From assembly GCA_019429365.1 (NCBI GenBank), contig JAHYJD010000007.1, positions 5,073 to 69,072 on the forward strand: a DNA stretch of 64,000 nt, given 5' to 3'. The notes under the pieces were generated by a model, which searched no databases, had not been told where the DNA came from, and saw nothing but the letters and a program-made list of their open reading frames with translations. Of this stretch, positions 10,684-20,216 are shown one piece after another. Position 1 is the first letter of the stretch. Every line of letters starts with the position of its first letter. The DNA comes from Bacteroidales bacterium. GTDB lineage: Bacteria > Bacteroidota > Bacteroidia > Bacteroidales > UBA7960. Made by a program: the position numbers and the translations under genes.

Positions 10684-10703
10684 TATTTTTTAAAAAAATA
10701 TTT
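10681..10703. repeat. 23-nt perfect A/T palindrome (aaatatttttt-a-aaaaaatattt)
   Basis: Read directly from the sequence. It overlaps the 3' end of the shared 15-mer, upstream of the NuoE-like operon. Confidence 0.6.
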
Positions 10704-10768
10704 TTTTAAATCTGATCAAAATCTTCAATTTTCCTTAATTTTCGCCCATAAACCAAAACACAGGTTAC

Positions 10769-11290
10769 ATGCGAGTGAAAAGGATTGCCCCCGAACCCGT
10801 TGCCCCTGTTGCCGAACCCAGTGTCGACCTTTCGTTAATAGACTCATTAATAGCGAAATACAAAGGGAAACAAGGCAACCTCATTCCCCTCTTACAGGGC
10901 ACACAAGAAATTTTTGGCTTCATTCCGCGCGAAGCTTTCCTGAAACTGCACAGCGACACCGGTCTCAGTCTCAGCGAGCTATACGGGGTGGCAACCTTCT
11001 ATGCACAGTTCAGGCTTACCCCTTCCGGGAAACACATAATTAAAATGTGCCACGGTACTGCTTGCCATGTGCAGAGTGTAACTGCCATTACCGACGAGCT
11101 GCTCGATTTCCTTGAGGTAAAAGACGGTGAGACTACCAGCGATGGATTGTTTACCATCGAAACAGTGGCCTGTCTGGGTTGCTGCTCCCTGGCACCGGTG
11201 ATGATGATCGACGAGGAGACCCATGGTAAGCTCACCCCAAAGGAAGCATTGAAAATCATTAAAGAAATACGGCGCAACGAAGCCCTTTAA
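10769..11290 (+). CDS. NuoE/HydC-like thioredoxin-fold [2Fe-2S] ferredoxin subunit
   Basis: 173 aa with Cys motif MCHGTACH...VACLGCCSLAPV, typical of NADH dehydrogenase subunit E-type proteins. Confidence 0.8.
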   Translation: MRVKRIAPEPVAPVAEPSVDLSLIDSLIAKYKGKQGNLIPLLQGTQEIFGFIPREAFLKLHSDTGLSLSELYGVATFYAQFRLTPSGKHIIKMCHGTACHVQSVTAITDELLDFLEVKDGETTSDGLFTIETVACLGCCSLAPVMMIDEETHGKLTPKEALKIIKEIRRNEAL

Positions 11291-11308
11291 ACCTTAAAGC
11301 CAGAGTGT

Positions 11309-13087
11309 ATGAAAAAGACAACCGTAATAGTGGGTTTGGGAAGTTGCGGCATAGCTGCAGGGGCTGGAAAAACTTTCAGTGAGTTTCAGCGGATAAAGGC
11401 CGCCGACAAACTCGATTTCGAGCTTAAAAAAACCAGTTGCGTGGGTATGTGTTTCCGCGAACCCCTGGTGGAAATCATCGACGAAAGCGGAAGCTACCTT
11501 TACGGACAGGTCGACCCAGCCAAAGCCGACGAGATCATCGAAAAACATATAAAAAACTTTTCTCCCATTCCTGAATACATTGTTCAGAGCGAGAGGTTCC
11601 CCACTCCCGAGCAGTCGTTTTTCGAGGGGCAGGTAAAAATTGCGCTTCGCAACTGCGGGCATATGGATCCTGAGAACATTGAAGAATACGAAGCCCGCAA
11701 TGGTTACGCAGCTATTCGCAAAATTGCAAACAACTTTATGAATCCCGATCAGGTGATACAAATGGTTATCGATTCGGGCATGCGTGGCCGCGGAGGCGGT
11801 GGTTTTTCCACCGGCATGAAATGGAAGTTTGCCCGCAACTACGACGCTCCGCAGAAGTACGTGATTTGCAATGCCGACGAGGGTGACCCGGGCGCTTTTA
11901 TGGACCGCTCCATACTCGAGGGCGACCCACACGGCGTGCTGGAAGGGATGATTATTTGCGGCTATGCCATTGGCGCCAGCGAAGGTTACATTTATTGCAG
12001 GGCCGAATACCCACTGGCCATTAAGCGCCTGAACATTGCCATTGAACAAGCCCGCAAAAAGGGTTACCTGGGCAAAGGCCTCTTTGGTATAGAGCATTTT
12101 AATTTCGACATTAAAATTAAAGAAGGCGCAGGAGCTTTTGTGTGCGGTGAAGAAACCGCCCTGATCGCCTCCATCGAAGGCAGGCGTGGCATGCCACGGC
12201 GCAGACCGCCATTCCCGGCCCAGTCGGGTCTGTGGAAAAGTCCTACCAACATTAACAATGTCGAGACCTTCGTCAACATTCCATGGATCATCTTCAACGG
12301 ACCGCAGGCATATGCTGCCATGGGCACCGAAAAGAGCAAGGGCACCAAGGTTTTTGCCCTTACCGGAAAAATTAAGCACGGCGGCCTTGTTGAAGTTCCC
12401 ATGGGCATGACCATCAGAGATATTATATACAACCTTGGTGGCGGAATTGCCAATGGTAAGAAGTTCAAAGCTGTGCAGCTGGGCGGCCCTTCGGGAGGCT
12501 GTGTCCCAGAATACCTCTCGCACACCCAAGTCGATTACGACTCGGTAAACGCCACCGGCGCAATCATGGGATCAGGCGGCATGGTGGTTATGGACGAGAC
12601 TACTTGTGTGGTGGATATTGCGCGTTTCTTCCTCGATTTCACACAGAAAGAGTCGTGTGGGAAATGTACATTTTGCCGCATTGGCACCAAGCGTATGCTC
12701 GAAATCCTGACGCGGATTACACAAGGCGAAGGCCAAGAAGGCGACATCGAACTGCTTGAAGAACTCGCCCACAACATCAAGGACGGATCATTGTGCGGGC
12801 TTGGACAAACAGCACCTAACCCGGTGCTTACCACCATCAAATATTTCCGCGACGAATATGAAGCACATATCCGCGACAAAAAGTGCCCGGCACTTAGCTG
12901 CAAAAAACTACTTACATACAAGGTCGACCAGGAGAAATGTACGGGTTGCATGGCCTGCACCAAAGGCTGTCCGGTCGATGCCATCGAAGGCGGCAAGCGC
13001 GAACCCCATTTTATCCTGCAGGAAGTTTGTATTAAATGCGGTGTATGCTTCACCAAATGCAAGTTTGGCGCTATCCAATTAAGTTAA
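11309..13087 (+). CDS. NuoF/HydB-like FMN- and NAD(H)-binding flavoprotein subunit with extra Fe-S domains
   Basis: 592 aa. N-terminal thioredoxin-like domain has GLGSCGIAAGA...CVGMCFREP. Then come GRGGGGFSTGMKW, the Fe-S motif ESCGKCTFCRIG, and a C-terminal 2x[4Fe-4S] region (CTGCMACTKGCP, CIKCGVCFTKC). Confidence 0.85.
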   Translation: MKKTTVIVGLGSCGIAAGAGKTFSEFQRIKAADKLDFELKKTSCVGMCFREPLVEIIDESGSYLYGQVDPAKADEIIEKHIKNFSPIPEYIVQSERFPTPEQSFFEGQVKIALRNCGHMDPENIEEYEARNGYAAIRKIANNFMNPDQVIQMVIDSGMRGRGGGGFSTGMKWKFARNYDAPQKYVICNADEGDPGAFMDRSILEGDPHGVLEGMIICGYAIGASEGYIYCRAEYPLAIKRLNIAIEQARKKGYLGKGLFGIEHFNFDIKIKEGAGAFVCGEETALIASIEGRRGMPRRRPPFPAQSGLWKSPTNINNVETFVNIPWIIFNGPQAYAAMGTEKSKGTKVFALTGKIKHGGLVEVPMGMTIRDIIYNLGGGIANGKKFKAVQLGGPSGGCVPEYLSHTQVDYDSVNATGAIMGSGGMVVMDETTCVVDIARFFLDFTQKESCGKCTFCRIGTKRMLEILTRITQGEGQEGDIELLEELAHNIKDGSLCGLGQTAPNPVLTTIKYFRDEYEAHIRDKKCPALSCKKLLTYKVDQEKCTGCMACTKGCPVDAIEGGKREPHFILQEVCIKCGVCFTKCKFGAIQLS

Positions 13088-13114
13088 GAATTTCCGTTCC
13101 GAAAAAAATATCTT

Positions 13115-16100
13115 ATGAGTAAACTTAATATCATTCTCAACGGACGCATTGTGCAGGGGCTTCCCGGCGAAACCATTCTGGAGCTGGCTCGCCGACAAGG
13201 CATTGAAATACCCACCCTTTGTCACGACGATCGCCTGGAGCCCTTTTCTTCGTGTTACGTTTGCGTAGTGGAGGTGGAAGGCATGCGCGGTTTGCAGCCA
13301 TCCTGTTCTACCAAGATCACCGAGGGCATGCGCATAGAAACGGAAAATGAAAGGGTGAAAAAATCCCGAAAAATGTCGCTGGAGCTTATGGCCAGCAACC
13401 ATTATGCCGATTGCGTTGCACCTTGTCGCGAAACTTGCCCGGCCGGAGTAGATGTACAGGGCTATATTGCCATGATCAACAAAGGCATGCATCGCGAGGC
13501 TGTGGAGCTGATAAAAAACACCAATCCCTTGCCAGCCATTTGTGGAAGGGTATGTGTGCGTCCATGCGAACTGGCCTGCCGCCGAAACCTGGTCGAAGGT
13601 GTGGGTGTGGGCATCGACTACCTGAAACGTTATACTTCCGATATTGATCTGGAATCGCATGTTCGCTTCCTGCCGAACCAGAAACCCGAAACCGGCAAAA
13701 GAGTGGCTATCATTGGAGCTGGTCCGGGAGGGCTAAGCGCCGCATTCTTCCTGGCAAAAGAAGGCCATCATGTAGAAATTTTCGAAGGAAACGCACATGC
13801 CGGAGGCATGCTCAGATATGGCATTCCGCCATACCGCCTGCCAAACGACATTATTGACAAGGAGGTGGAAGGCATAACTGCCCTTGGCGTGGAAATCCAT
13901 TACCACATGAAGTTAGGCGAAAACCTCAGCTATGCCGAACTAAAAAGCAACTTCGATGCCGTGATTCTGGCCATTGGCTCACAAAACGGCACCCGTATTG
14001 GCTGCGAAAACGATGATGCAGGGAATATCTTTTCGGGGATCGACTTTTTGCGCAACATGGAGGCCACCGGGCAGAAATACGACTTCAGCGGCAAAAAAGT
14101 AGGTGTGATTGGCGGAGGTAATACGGCCATGGACTGCTGCCGCACCGCAAAACGATGCGGTGCAAAGGAGGTAACCGTAATTTACCGTCGTACCGAAAAG
14201 GAAATGCCTGCCAACCCTATTGAAATACACGAGTCGAAACTCGAAGGAATCAACTATCTGTTCCTTACCGCCCCGGCCAGGGTAAACCCAGATGATAACG
14301 GCAACATAAAGTCTTTGACTTGCTTCCGGATGGAACTGGGCGAGCCAGATGCCTCAGGCAGGCGCCGCCCCGTTAAGGTCGAAGGCTCAGACTTTGATGT
14401 GGAGCTCGACATTGTACTGGCGGCCATTGGACAAAAAACCAACGTTAATTTCATCAACGACATTAGCAACCATGCCGGGCAGGAACTTATCATTAACAAA
14501 TGGGGCGACATTGCTGCTGACCCGAAAACCCTGCGCACCAGTATCGACAACGTGTTTGCCTGCGGCGATGGGGTAACCGGTCCTGCCACACTCATCGAGG
14601 CCATTGCTCAAGGACGTTTAGCGGCACAGAGCTGCAACAAATACCTGCACGGGAAGGAAGTTACTCCGCCACCATACGAATTCCTGAGCAAACGCGACAA
14701 CTTCCAGGAACAGCTTAAATCTGATTATGAGGCCTGGTATGAAAAACAGTGGCGCGAAGAAATGCCTACACTCGACCCAGCTGCCCGCGACAACTTTGAG
14801 GAAGTGGAACTGGGTTATACTACGGATGCTGCCATAAAGGAAACACGCAGATGCATGGAATGCGGCTGCAGCGAACTCTATACCTGCGACCTGAAAAAGT
14901 ATTCCACACATTACGAGGCCCGGCAAGAACACTTTAAGGGTGACTTTCGCAATTACCAGGTGCGGTTCGATCATCCGTTTGTGGAGATCGACAACAACAA
15001 GTGTATCCTTTGCAGTCGCTGTGTGCGTATTTGCGATGAAGTGGTGGGTGCTAAAGCCCTGGGACTGATCAATCGCGGCTTCGATACCTTTGTGGCTCCC
15101 AGCCTGGGAGAATCACTGCTGCATACCAATTGCGAGTCATGCGGAATGTGTATCGACACTTGCCCTACCGGCGCCATTACTGAGAATGTACCCTTCAAAC
15201 CCGGCCCGGTTCCCCTCGATACTTTTAAAACCATTTGTAATTATTGCTCGGTGGGTTGCCAAATCAATCTCCATCACAAATCGGGTTTCTTTGCCAGGGC
15301 AACGGGTAGTAAAGGTTTGATCAACAAGGATGGCAGCATTTGCCGCTACGGGAAATTCGGCTATCGCTACCTGAACGACCAAAGCCGGATCACCAAACCG
15401 CTTCTCAAAGAAAACGGAAAATTCAAACAAATCAGTTTCGATAAGGCATTTGAAATCATAAAGGAAAAGATTACCAAGGCCGATCCTGCCCAAACCGCAT
15501 TTTATGTGGGTGCACGACTGACCAATGAAGAAATGTACCTTGCCCAAAAAATTGCCCGGACCGGAGCCAAAACCAATAATATATCGAGTTTTCATTATAT
15601 GGATCGTGGCTCGGGTTATTCTGAAAACAGCAGAAACAACGTGCCTTTCGATCAGATTTATTCGGCCCGCCTGATTTATATCATGGGCAGCGAACTAAAT
15701 ATGGAAAATGCCGTGCCTGGATTTTATGTCAATAATCTGAGGCAAACAAACGGAATCAAGGTGGAGGTTATTACCTCTCAGGAGCCAAGCAGCTTAGAAC
15801 ATAAAGCCGATGCGCTGTTGCGAATAAAATCTTACGAACATTTCCTCAGGGCAGCAAACCATTACATACTGAGCAAACAATTGCAAAACAGCGTTTTTAT
15901 TGATGACCATTGCAATGGGTTTGAGGAATATCAAGAGGTTTTGTTGGCTGAAGATTTTGATAGTTTACTGGAAAAAGCTGGCTGTAGTAAGATTGAGCTG
16001 GCCACTTTCGTGGAAAACTATAATAATGAGCACCAAGCCGTGATCCTTTTTTCTGAGAAACATTTAAGCTCCGGTGCCTGCCACGAAATGCACAACCTGG

Positions 16101-16810
16101 CTTATCTAACCGGAAAATCGGGAAAGAATGCAAGTGGATTGATCAGCTTGAAGGAAAAGAACAATTCCCAGGGACTGTTTGACATGGGCGCATGCGCGGC
16201 CATAGCCCCTGGCGGAAAAAATATGACCTCCGGAAAGGTTCGGGAACACCTCCAAAAAGAGTGGAAAATCAGCGAGTTGCCAGATGAAATCAACCAGGAC
16301 CAATGGTCATTGCTAAGAAACGGCCTGATTAAGAACGCTTTCATTCTTAGCGAAGACCCCGTTGGATGCGCCATTAAAAAGGAAGAAATTCAGCAAATTC
16401 TGGAGAAAATTGATTTTCTTGTGGTTCAGGATCTCTTCTTGAGCGAAACGGCAGCCATGGCCGACCTGATTTTGCCGGCATCGCTGCACTTCGAAACCGG
16501 AGGTAGTTTTACCAACACCCAGAAGTTTATTCAGCAGTTTGATGCCACCTTTGCCTCTGCTAATGAAATGAGTAGTTTTGAACAGCTGCAAAGGCTGGGC
16601 AAATCACTGGGATTGGAATTAAACTATGAGAGTCCGGCCGCTGTGCTGCTGGAGGCTGCCTCCGTTATTCAACGTGCACCTGAAAATGGCTGGGTACCCT
16701 ACCGCTTTGTTACCCCAACCTCCGTCCACCCGCCCCGCCGCTTCGACCATGGTTGCGATTACCTGGTGAAGTATTTTGACGATGCATGGGAAAAAGCATT
16801 TAACCATTAA
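13115..16810 (+). CDS. fusion protein: N-terminal [2Fe-2S] ferredoxin + GltD-like NAD(P)H/FAD oxidoreductase module + NuoG-like Fe-S region + molybdopterin-oxidoreductase-like domain
   Basis: 1231 aa. 2Fe-2S region is CHDDRLEPFSSCYVCVVEV. GltD-like motifs are CPAGVDV, ICGRVCVRPCELACRR, VAIIGAGPGGLSAA, VIGGGNTAMDC and CGDGVTGPATLIEAIAQGR. Fe-S motifs are CMECGC, CILCSRCVRIC and CESCGMCIDTCP. ICNYCSVGCQINL marks the MopB-type N-terminal cluster. Confidence 0.8.
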   Translation: MSKLNIILNGRIVQGLPGETILELARRQGIEIPTLCHDDRLEPFSSCYVCVVEVEGMRGLQPSCSTKITEGMRIETENERVKKSRKMSLELMASNHYADCVAPCRETCPAGVDVQGYIAMINKGMHREAVELIKNTNPLPAICGRVCVRPCELACRRNLVEGVGVGIDYLKRYTSDIDLESHVRFLPNQKPETGKRVAIIGAGPGGLSAAFFLAKEGHHVEIFEGNAHAGGMLRYGIPPYRLPNDIIDKEVEGITALGVEIHYHMKLGENLSYAELKSNFDAVILAIGSQNGTRIGCENDDAGNIFSGIDFLRNMEATGQKYDFSGKKVGVIGGGNTAMDCCRTAKRCGAKEVTVIYRRTEKEMPANPIEIHESKLEGINYLFLTAPARVNPDDNGNIKSLTCFRMELGEPDASGRRRPVKVEGSDFDVELDIVLAAIGQKTNVNFINDISNHAGQELIINKWGDIAADPKTLRTSIDNVFACGDGVTGPATLIEAIAQGRLAAQSCNKYLHGKEVTPPPYEFLSKRDNFQEQLKSDYEAWYEKQWREEMPTLDPAARDNFEEVELGYTTDAAIKETRRCMECGCSELYTCDLKKYSTHYEARQEHFKGDFRNYQVRFDHPFVEIDNNKCILCSRCVRICDEVVGAKALGLINRGFDTFVAPSLGESLLHTNCESCGMCIDTCPTGAITENVPFKPGPVPLDTFKTICNYCSVGCQINLHHKSGFFARATGSKGLINKDGSICRYGKFGYRYLNDQSRITKPLLKENGKFKQISFDKAFEIIKEKITKADPAQTAFYVGARLTNEEMYLAQKIARTGAKTNNISSFHYMDRGSGYSENSRNNVPFDQIYSARLIYIMGSELNMENAVPGFYVNNLRQTNGIKVEVITSQEPSSLEHKADALLRIKSYEHFLRAANHYILSKQLQNSVFIDDHCNGFEEYQEVLLAEDFDSLLEKAGCSKIELATFVENYNNEHQAVILFSEKHLSSGACHEMHNLAYLTGKSGKNASGLISLKEKNNSQGLFDMGACAAIAPGGKNMTSGKVREHLQKEWKISELPDEINQDQWSLLRNGLIKNAFILSEDPVGCAIKKEEIQQILEKIDFLVVQDLFLSETAAMADLILPASLHFETGGSFTNTQKFIQQFDATFASANEMSSFEQLQRLGKSLGLELNYESPAAVLLEAASVIQRAPENGWVPYRFVTPTSVHPPRRFDHGCDYLVKYFDDAWEKAFNH

Positions 16811-16821
16811 AAAGAAAAAGT

Positions 16822-17277
16822 ATGAAAACCTTCAGTTCGCTCGATGAGATCCTCGACTTTGCCATGAATGCCGAGCAGGAAGCCGTTGATTTCTACACTC
16901 AGCTAGCCACACAGCAGAAAAATCAGCAAATAAGGGAAGTTTTCCTGGAATTTGCACGGGAGGAAGTGAACCACAAGGCTCGTCTGCAGAAAATAAAAGA
17001 CGAGCGGCTTTTCGACATGGAGGTGGAAAAGGTAACCGACCTGAAGATTGCCGATTATGTAATCAGCGCCAAGCCCTCGCCCAATATGGAATATGCTGAC
17101 GCGCTGGTGCTGGCCATGAAAAAGGAAAAGGCTGCTTTTAAGCTATATACCGCCCTTTCTGAGCGCACCCACAATACCGAACTCAGCAAGGTATTCAAGG
17201 CACTTGCCATTGAAGAATCGAAACACAAACTTCGCTTCGAACTTGAATACGACGAATATGTGATGCGCGAAAACTAA
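16822..17277 (+). CDS. ferritin-like / rubrerythrin-family diiron protein (no rubredoxin domain)
   Basis: 151 aa with paired E...ExxH signatures (AEQEAVDFY, REEVNHK, AIEESKHK). It starts 11 nt after the fusion gene. Confidence 0.65.
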   Translation: MKTFSSLDEILDFAMNAEQEAVDFYTQLATQQKNQQIREVFLEFAREEVNHKARLQKIKDERLFDMEVEKVTDLKIADYVISAKPSPNMEYADALVLAMKKEKAAFKLYTALSERTHNTELSKVFKALAIEESKHKLRFELEYDEYVMREN

Positions 17278-17283
17278 ACAAAA

Positions 17284-17312
17284 AGCCATTCCCAAAAATT
17301 CAGGGAATGGCT
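17284..17312. terminator. bidirectional hairpin between convergent genes
   Basis: 10-bp stem agccattccc/gggaatggct with a 9-nt loop. Confidence 0.6.
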
Positions 17313-17351
17313 TTAAAAATGTATGTGTGACATCAAATCACCAGGTAATCA

Positions 17352-17954
17352 TTACTCACTCTTAACTTTTATGGTGCAGCCAATGGCGCGGGTAACTGAT
17401 GGCTCGGGGGTTTTGCCTGCCATAAGTGCATGGATGGCGTTGGCCAGGTACCTTTCACTAACCTGGCTGGCATCGCGCGGACTGTCGTCGATACCACCGA
17501 TATAGGCTACTTTGAGGTCTGTGCCAACACGTTCGAGCAAATATACGTGGGGAGTGTGGGTTGCACCATATTTGGGATAAATCTTCTGACCATCGTCAAA
17601 AACATAGGCAAAAGGAAACCCCTTTTCCTTGGCACGGACCTGCATTAATTCATAAGAATCCTGTGGCTGAACCTCCGGATCATTAGGATTGATTGCAATT
17701 ACCGGAAAACCTTTGGGTGCAAACTCATTGTGCAGTTCGATCATGCGATCTTCGTAGGCAACTACAAAGGGACAGTGATTACATGAAAAAATCACTACAA
17801 AACCTTTGGCATCAGGGTAGTCGGCCATGGATATGTACTTACCGTCCACATTGAGCAAACGGAAATCGGTTGCTACATCACCCACCTTATAACCTTGGGC
17901 AAAACTGGCGGCTGCCAGAAAAAGAATACTGAGAAAAATACTCACTCGCTTCAT
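17352..17954 (-). CDS. secreted thioredoxin-fold (redoxin/AhpC-TSA-like) protein
   Basis: 200 aa with a signal peptide (MKRVSIFLSILFLAAASFA) and a CxxC-type motif, SCNHCPF. Confidence 0.7.
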   Translation of the reverse strand: MKRVSIFLSILFLAAASFAQGYKVGDVATDFRLLNVDGKYISMADYPDAKGFVVIFSCNHCPFVVAYEDRMIELHNEFAPKGFPVIAINPNDPEVQPQDSYELMQVRAKEKGFPFAYVFDDGQKIYPKYGATHTPHVYLLERVGTDLKVAYIGGIDDSPRDASQVSERYLANAIHALMAGKTPEPSVTRAIGCTIKVKSE

Positions 17955-17965
17955 TGTAATTGGAT

Positions 17966-18466
17966 TTAGTTTATTAATTGTTGAATTAATGCTTCAAGTT
18001 CTTCAAAATGGAATTCGCGCTGATAAAAACCTCTGAAATCCTTGCTATATATAACTGTTGCAGGAATTGCCCCGGTCCATTCTTCACTGACAAGAGGGAT
18101 CCAGCGGTTGGGGTTTCTTTCGTCTAAAAGAATAACCTCACTTTGCACATTCATATCGCTGACAAAAGGGATTACCCTGGACTCAAGCTGATTGGGGAAG
18201 TCAAGGCTTACCAGAAGCACTTTGACCTTTTTGCTTTCATACACTTCATTCAGTTTTTCAAAGGCTGGAATCTCACGTACACAAGGCGCACACCAGGTTG
18301 CCCAGAAATTCACCACATACACACTGTCGGTTTCCAGGTAAAGCATTGGCTCAAACTCATCAAAACTCAACACCTTGATGACTTGACCATTCCTGGCATG
18401 GATAACACTTTGAAAACTAAAGAAAAAAACAGAAATCAGGATCAGGTTACGAAAAGTTTGTCTCAT
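17966..18466 (-). CDS. TlpA-like thiol:disulfide oxidoreductase
   Basis: 166 aa with a signal/anchor sequence and the WATWCAPCVREIP active-site motif. Confidence 0.7.
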   Translation of the reverse strand: MRQTFRNLILISVFFFSFQSVIHARNGQVIKVLSFDEFEPMLYLETDSVYVVNFWATWCAPCVREIPAFEKLNEVYESKKVKVLLVSLDFPNQLESRVIPFVSDMNVQSEVILLDERNPNRWIPLVSEEWTGAIPATVIYSKDFRGFYQREFHFEELEALIQQLIN

Positions 18467-18597
18467 ATTTTTGGTAAGAAATTGTCAATTAGACATATAC
18501 CTTTATCGACACTCGTAATTTAAAAAGGTTTAAAAGCAAAAGACTAACAACAAAATAAAATGTTTGTTTAACTCCGGGAGCAGGTATTTTCCATTTC

Positions 18598-18628
18598 AAA
18601 AAAAAAGGCCATCACAAGGACGGCCTTT
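18598..18628 (-). terminator. terminator downstream of rny
   Basis: On the - strand, stem aaaaggcc/ggcctttt with an 11-nt loop is followed by a long T run. Confidence 0.5.
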
Positions 18629-18647
18629 TGGATATAAGAGTTTAATT

Positions 18648-20189
18648 CTATTTGGCGTATGCCACGGCCCTTGTTTCCCTGATCACGGTAATTTTAATTT
18701 GTCCGGGATAGGTCATTTCAGTCTGAATTTTTTTGCTGAGGTCGTACGAAATTTGTTCGGCATCCTTATCTGAAACCTTTTCGCTGCCAACAATAACGCG
18801 AAGTTCACGGCCAGCCTGTATGGCGTATGTCTTGACCACGCCGGGGTACGAAAGGGCCAGTTCCTCAAGATCGTTAAGCCGCTTGATGTAGGATTCGACC
18901 ACTTCGCGCCTCGCACCGGGCCTGGCACCAGAAATGGCATCACAAACCTGGATAATGGGCGAAATCAAACTTGTCATTTCCACTTCGTCGTGGTGGGCAC
19001 CAATGGCGTTCACAATTTCGGGATGTTCCTTAAATTTTTCAGCCAGTTTCATGCCCAGCATGGCATGAGGAAGGTCGGGCTCGTTGTCGGGCACCTTGCC
19101 AATATCGTGCAATAAACCTGCGCGCTTGGCCAGTTTAGGATTAAGCCCAAGCTCAGAGGCCATGGTGGCAGCCAGGTTGGCCACTTCCTTGGAGTGCTGC
19201 AATAAGTTCTGACCATAAGAAGACCGGTATTTCATTTTACCGATCAGGCGGATAAGTTCGTGGTGGAGGTTGTGAATACCAAGGTCGATGGCAGTGCGCT
19301 TTCCAACCTCAATAATTTCCTGGTCAATTTGTTTTTTAACCTTAGCCACTACCTCTTCGATACGTGCAGGGTGAATGCGACCATCAGTAACCAGCTTGTG
19401 CAGCGACAGGCGGGCAATTTCGCGACGCACCGGATCAAATCCGCTTAGAATAATAGCTTCGGGCGTGTCGTCCACAATAATTTCAATGCCTGTGGCGGCT
19501 TCCAGGGCACGTATGTTGCGCCCTTCACGGCCAATGATGCGGCCTTTTACTTCATCGTTTTCAATCGGAAAAACTGAAACGGAGTTTTCAATGGCCACTT
19601 CTGTAGCCGTACGCTGCAATGAGTGGATCACCAGTTTACGAGCCTCGTTATGGGCGGTAAGCTTGGCTTCATCCATCATATCCTTAATAAAAACCTGTGC
19701 TTCCGACTGGGCTTCAGACTTCAGGGTTTCAACCAGTTCGGATTTTGCTTCATGGGCAGACAAGCCACTAATTGATTCGAGCTTCTCGAGCTGCTGTTTG
19801 TAAGTTTTCTCCAGATCGGCTTGCTTTCGCGAAACTATTTCCATCTGGTTGCTTAGGTTCTCCTGGAGGGCATTCACTTCTTTTTGCTTGCGCTGGTAGT
19901 CCTCCATTCGCTGAGAGTAACCAAGTTCTTTTTGCTTAAGCTTGCTTTCGGCAGCATTAATCTCCTGGGTCTTCTCAAAAACATATTTCTCGTGTTCGGC
20001 TTTAAGCTGGAGGAACTTCTCCTTTGCCTGCAGCATTTTTTCTTTCTTCAGCACTTCAGCTTCCGAAACGGCTTCTTTCAGAATATGCTGGCTTTTCTTT
20101 ACGATAGCCTTCCGCATAATGGTACCGGCAATAAGCCCTCCCAAACCGAGCGAAACCACTGCGATAATGCCGTAGATTAATATTTCCAT
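18648..20189 (-). CDS. rny: ribonuclease Y
   Basis: 513 aa. It has an N-terminal TM helix, a long coiled-coil, a KH region ([15 protein letters not shown]) and an HD domain (HSKEVANLA...GLLHDIGK). Confidence 0.9.
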   Translation of the reverse strand: MEILIYGIIAVVSLGLGGLIAGTIMRKAIVKKSQHILKEAVSEAEVLKKEKMLQAKEKFLQLKAEHEKYVFEKTQEINAAESKLKQKELGYSQRMEDYQRKQKEVNALQENLSNQMEIVSRKQADLEKTYKQQLEKLESISGLSAHEAKSELVETLKSEAQSEAQVFIKDMMDEAKLTAHNEARKLVIHSLQRTATEVAIENSVSVFPIENDEVKGRIIGREGRNIRALEAATGIEIIVDDTPEAIILSGFDPVRREIARLSLHKLVTDGRIHPARIEEVVAKVKKQIDQEIIEVGKRTAIDLGIHNLHHELIRLIGKMKYRSSYGQNLLQHSKEVANLAATMASELGLNPKLAKRAGLLHDIGKVPDNEPDLPHAMLGMKLAEKFKEHPEIVNAIGAHHDEVEMTSLISPIIQVCDAISGARPGARREVVESYIKRLNDLEELALSYPGVVKTYAIQAGRELRVIVGSEKVSDKDAEQISYDLSKKIQTEMTYPGQIKITVIRETRAVAYAK

Positions 20190-20216
20190 ATTCGCATTTT
20201 AGTTTGTTTAGTAAAT

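Noticed and set aside
12064-12525. The possibility of overlapping or alternative-frame genes in the NuoF-like and fusion genes. Several 60-190 aa ORFs occur on both strands between 12064 and 16807.
   Set aside because: All lie within long, motif-rich sense ORFs, which is consistent with chance open frames.
11294-12529. A 411-aa antisense ORF across the NuoF-like gene.
   Set aside because: Same reasoning. The sense frame carries the FMN, NADH and Fe-S signatures, and the antisense frame has none.
15200-16810. The molybdopterin-oxidoreductase-like domain considered as a formate dehydrogenase or another catalytic Mo/W enzyme.
   Set aside because: No Cys/Sec ligand motif and no in-frame TGA were seen, and the domain appears truncated relative to catalytic family members. 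I treat it as NuoG-like and non-catalytic pending an HMM alignment.
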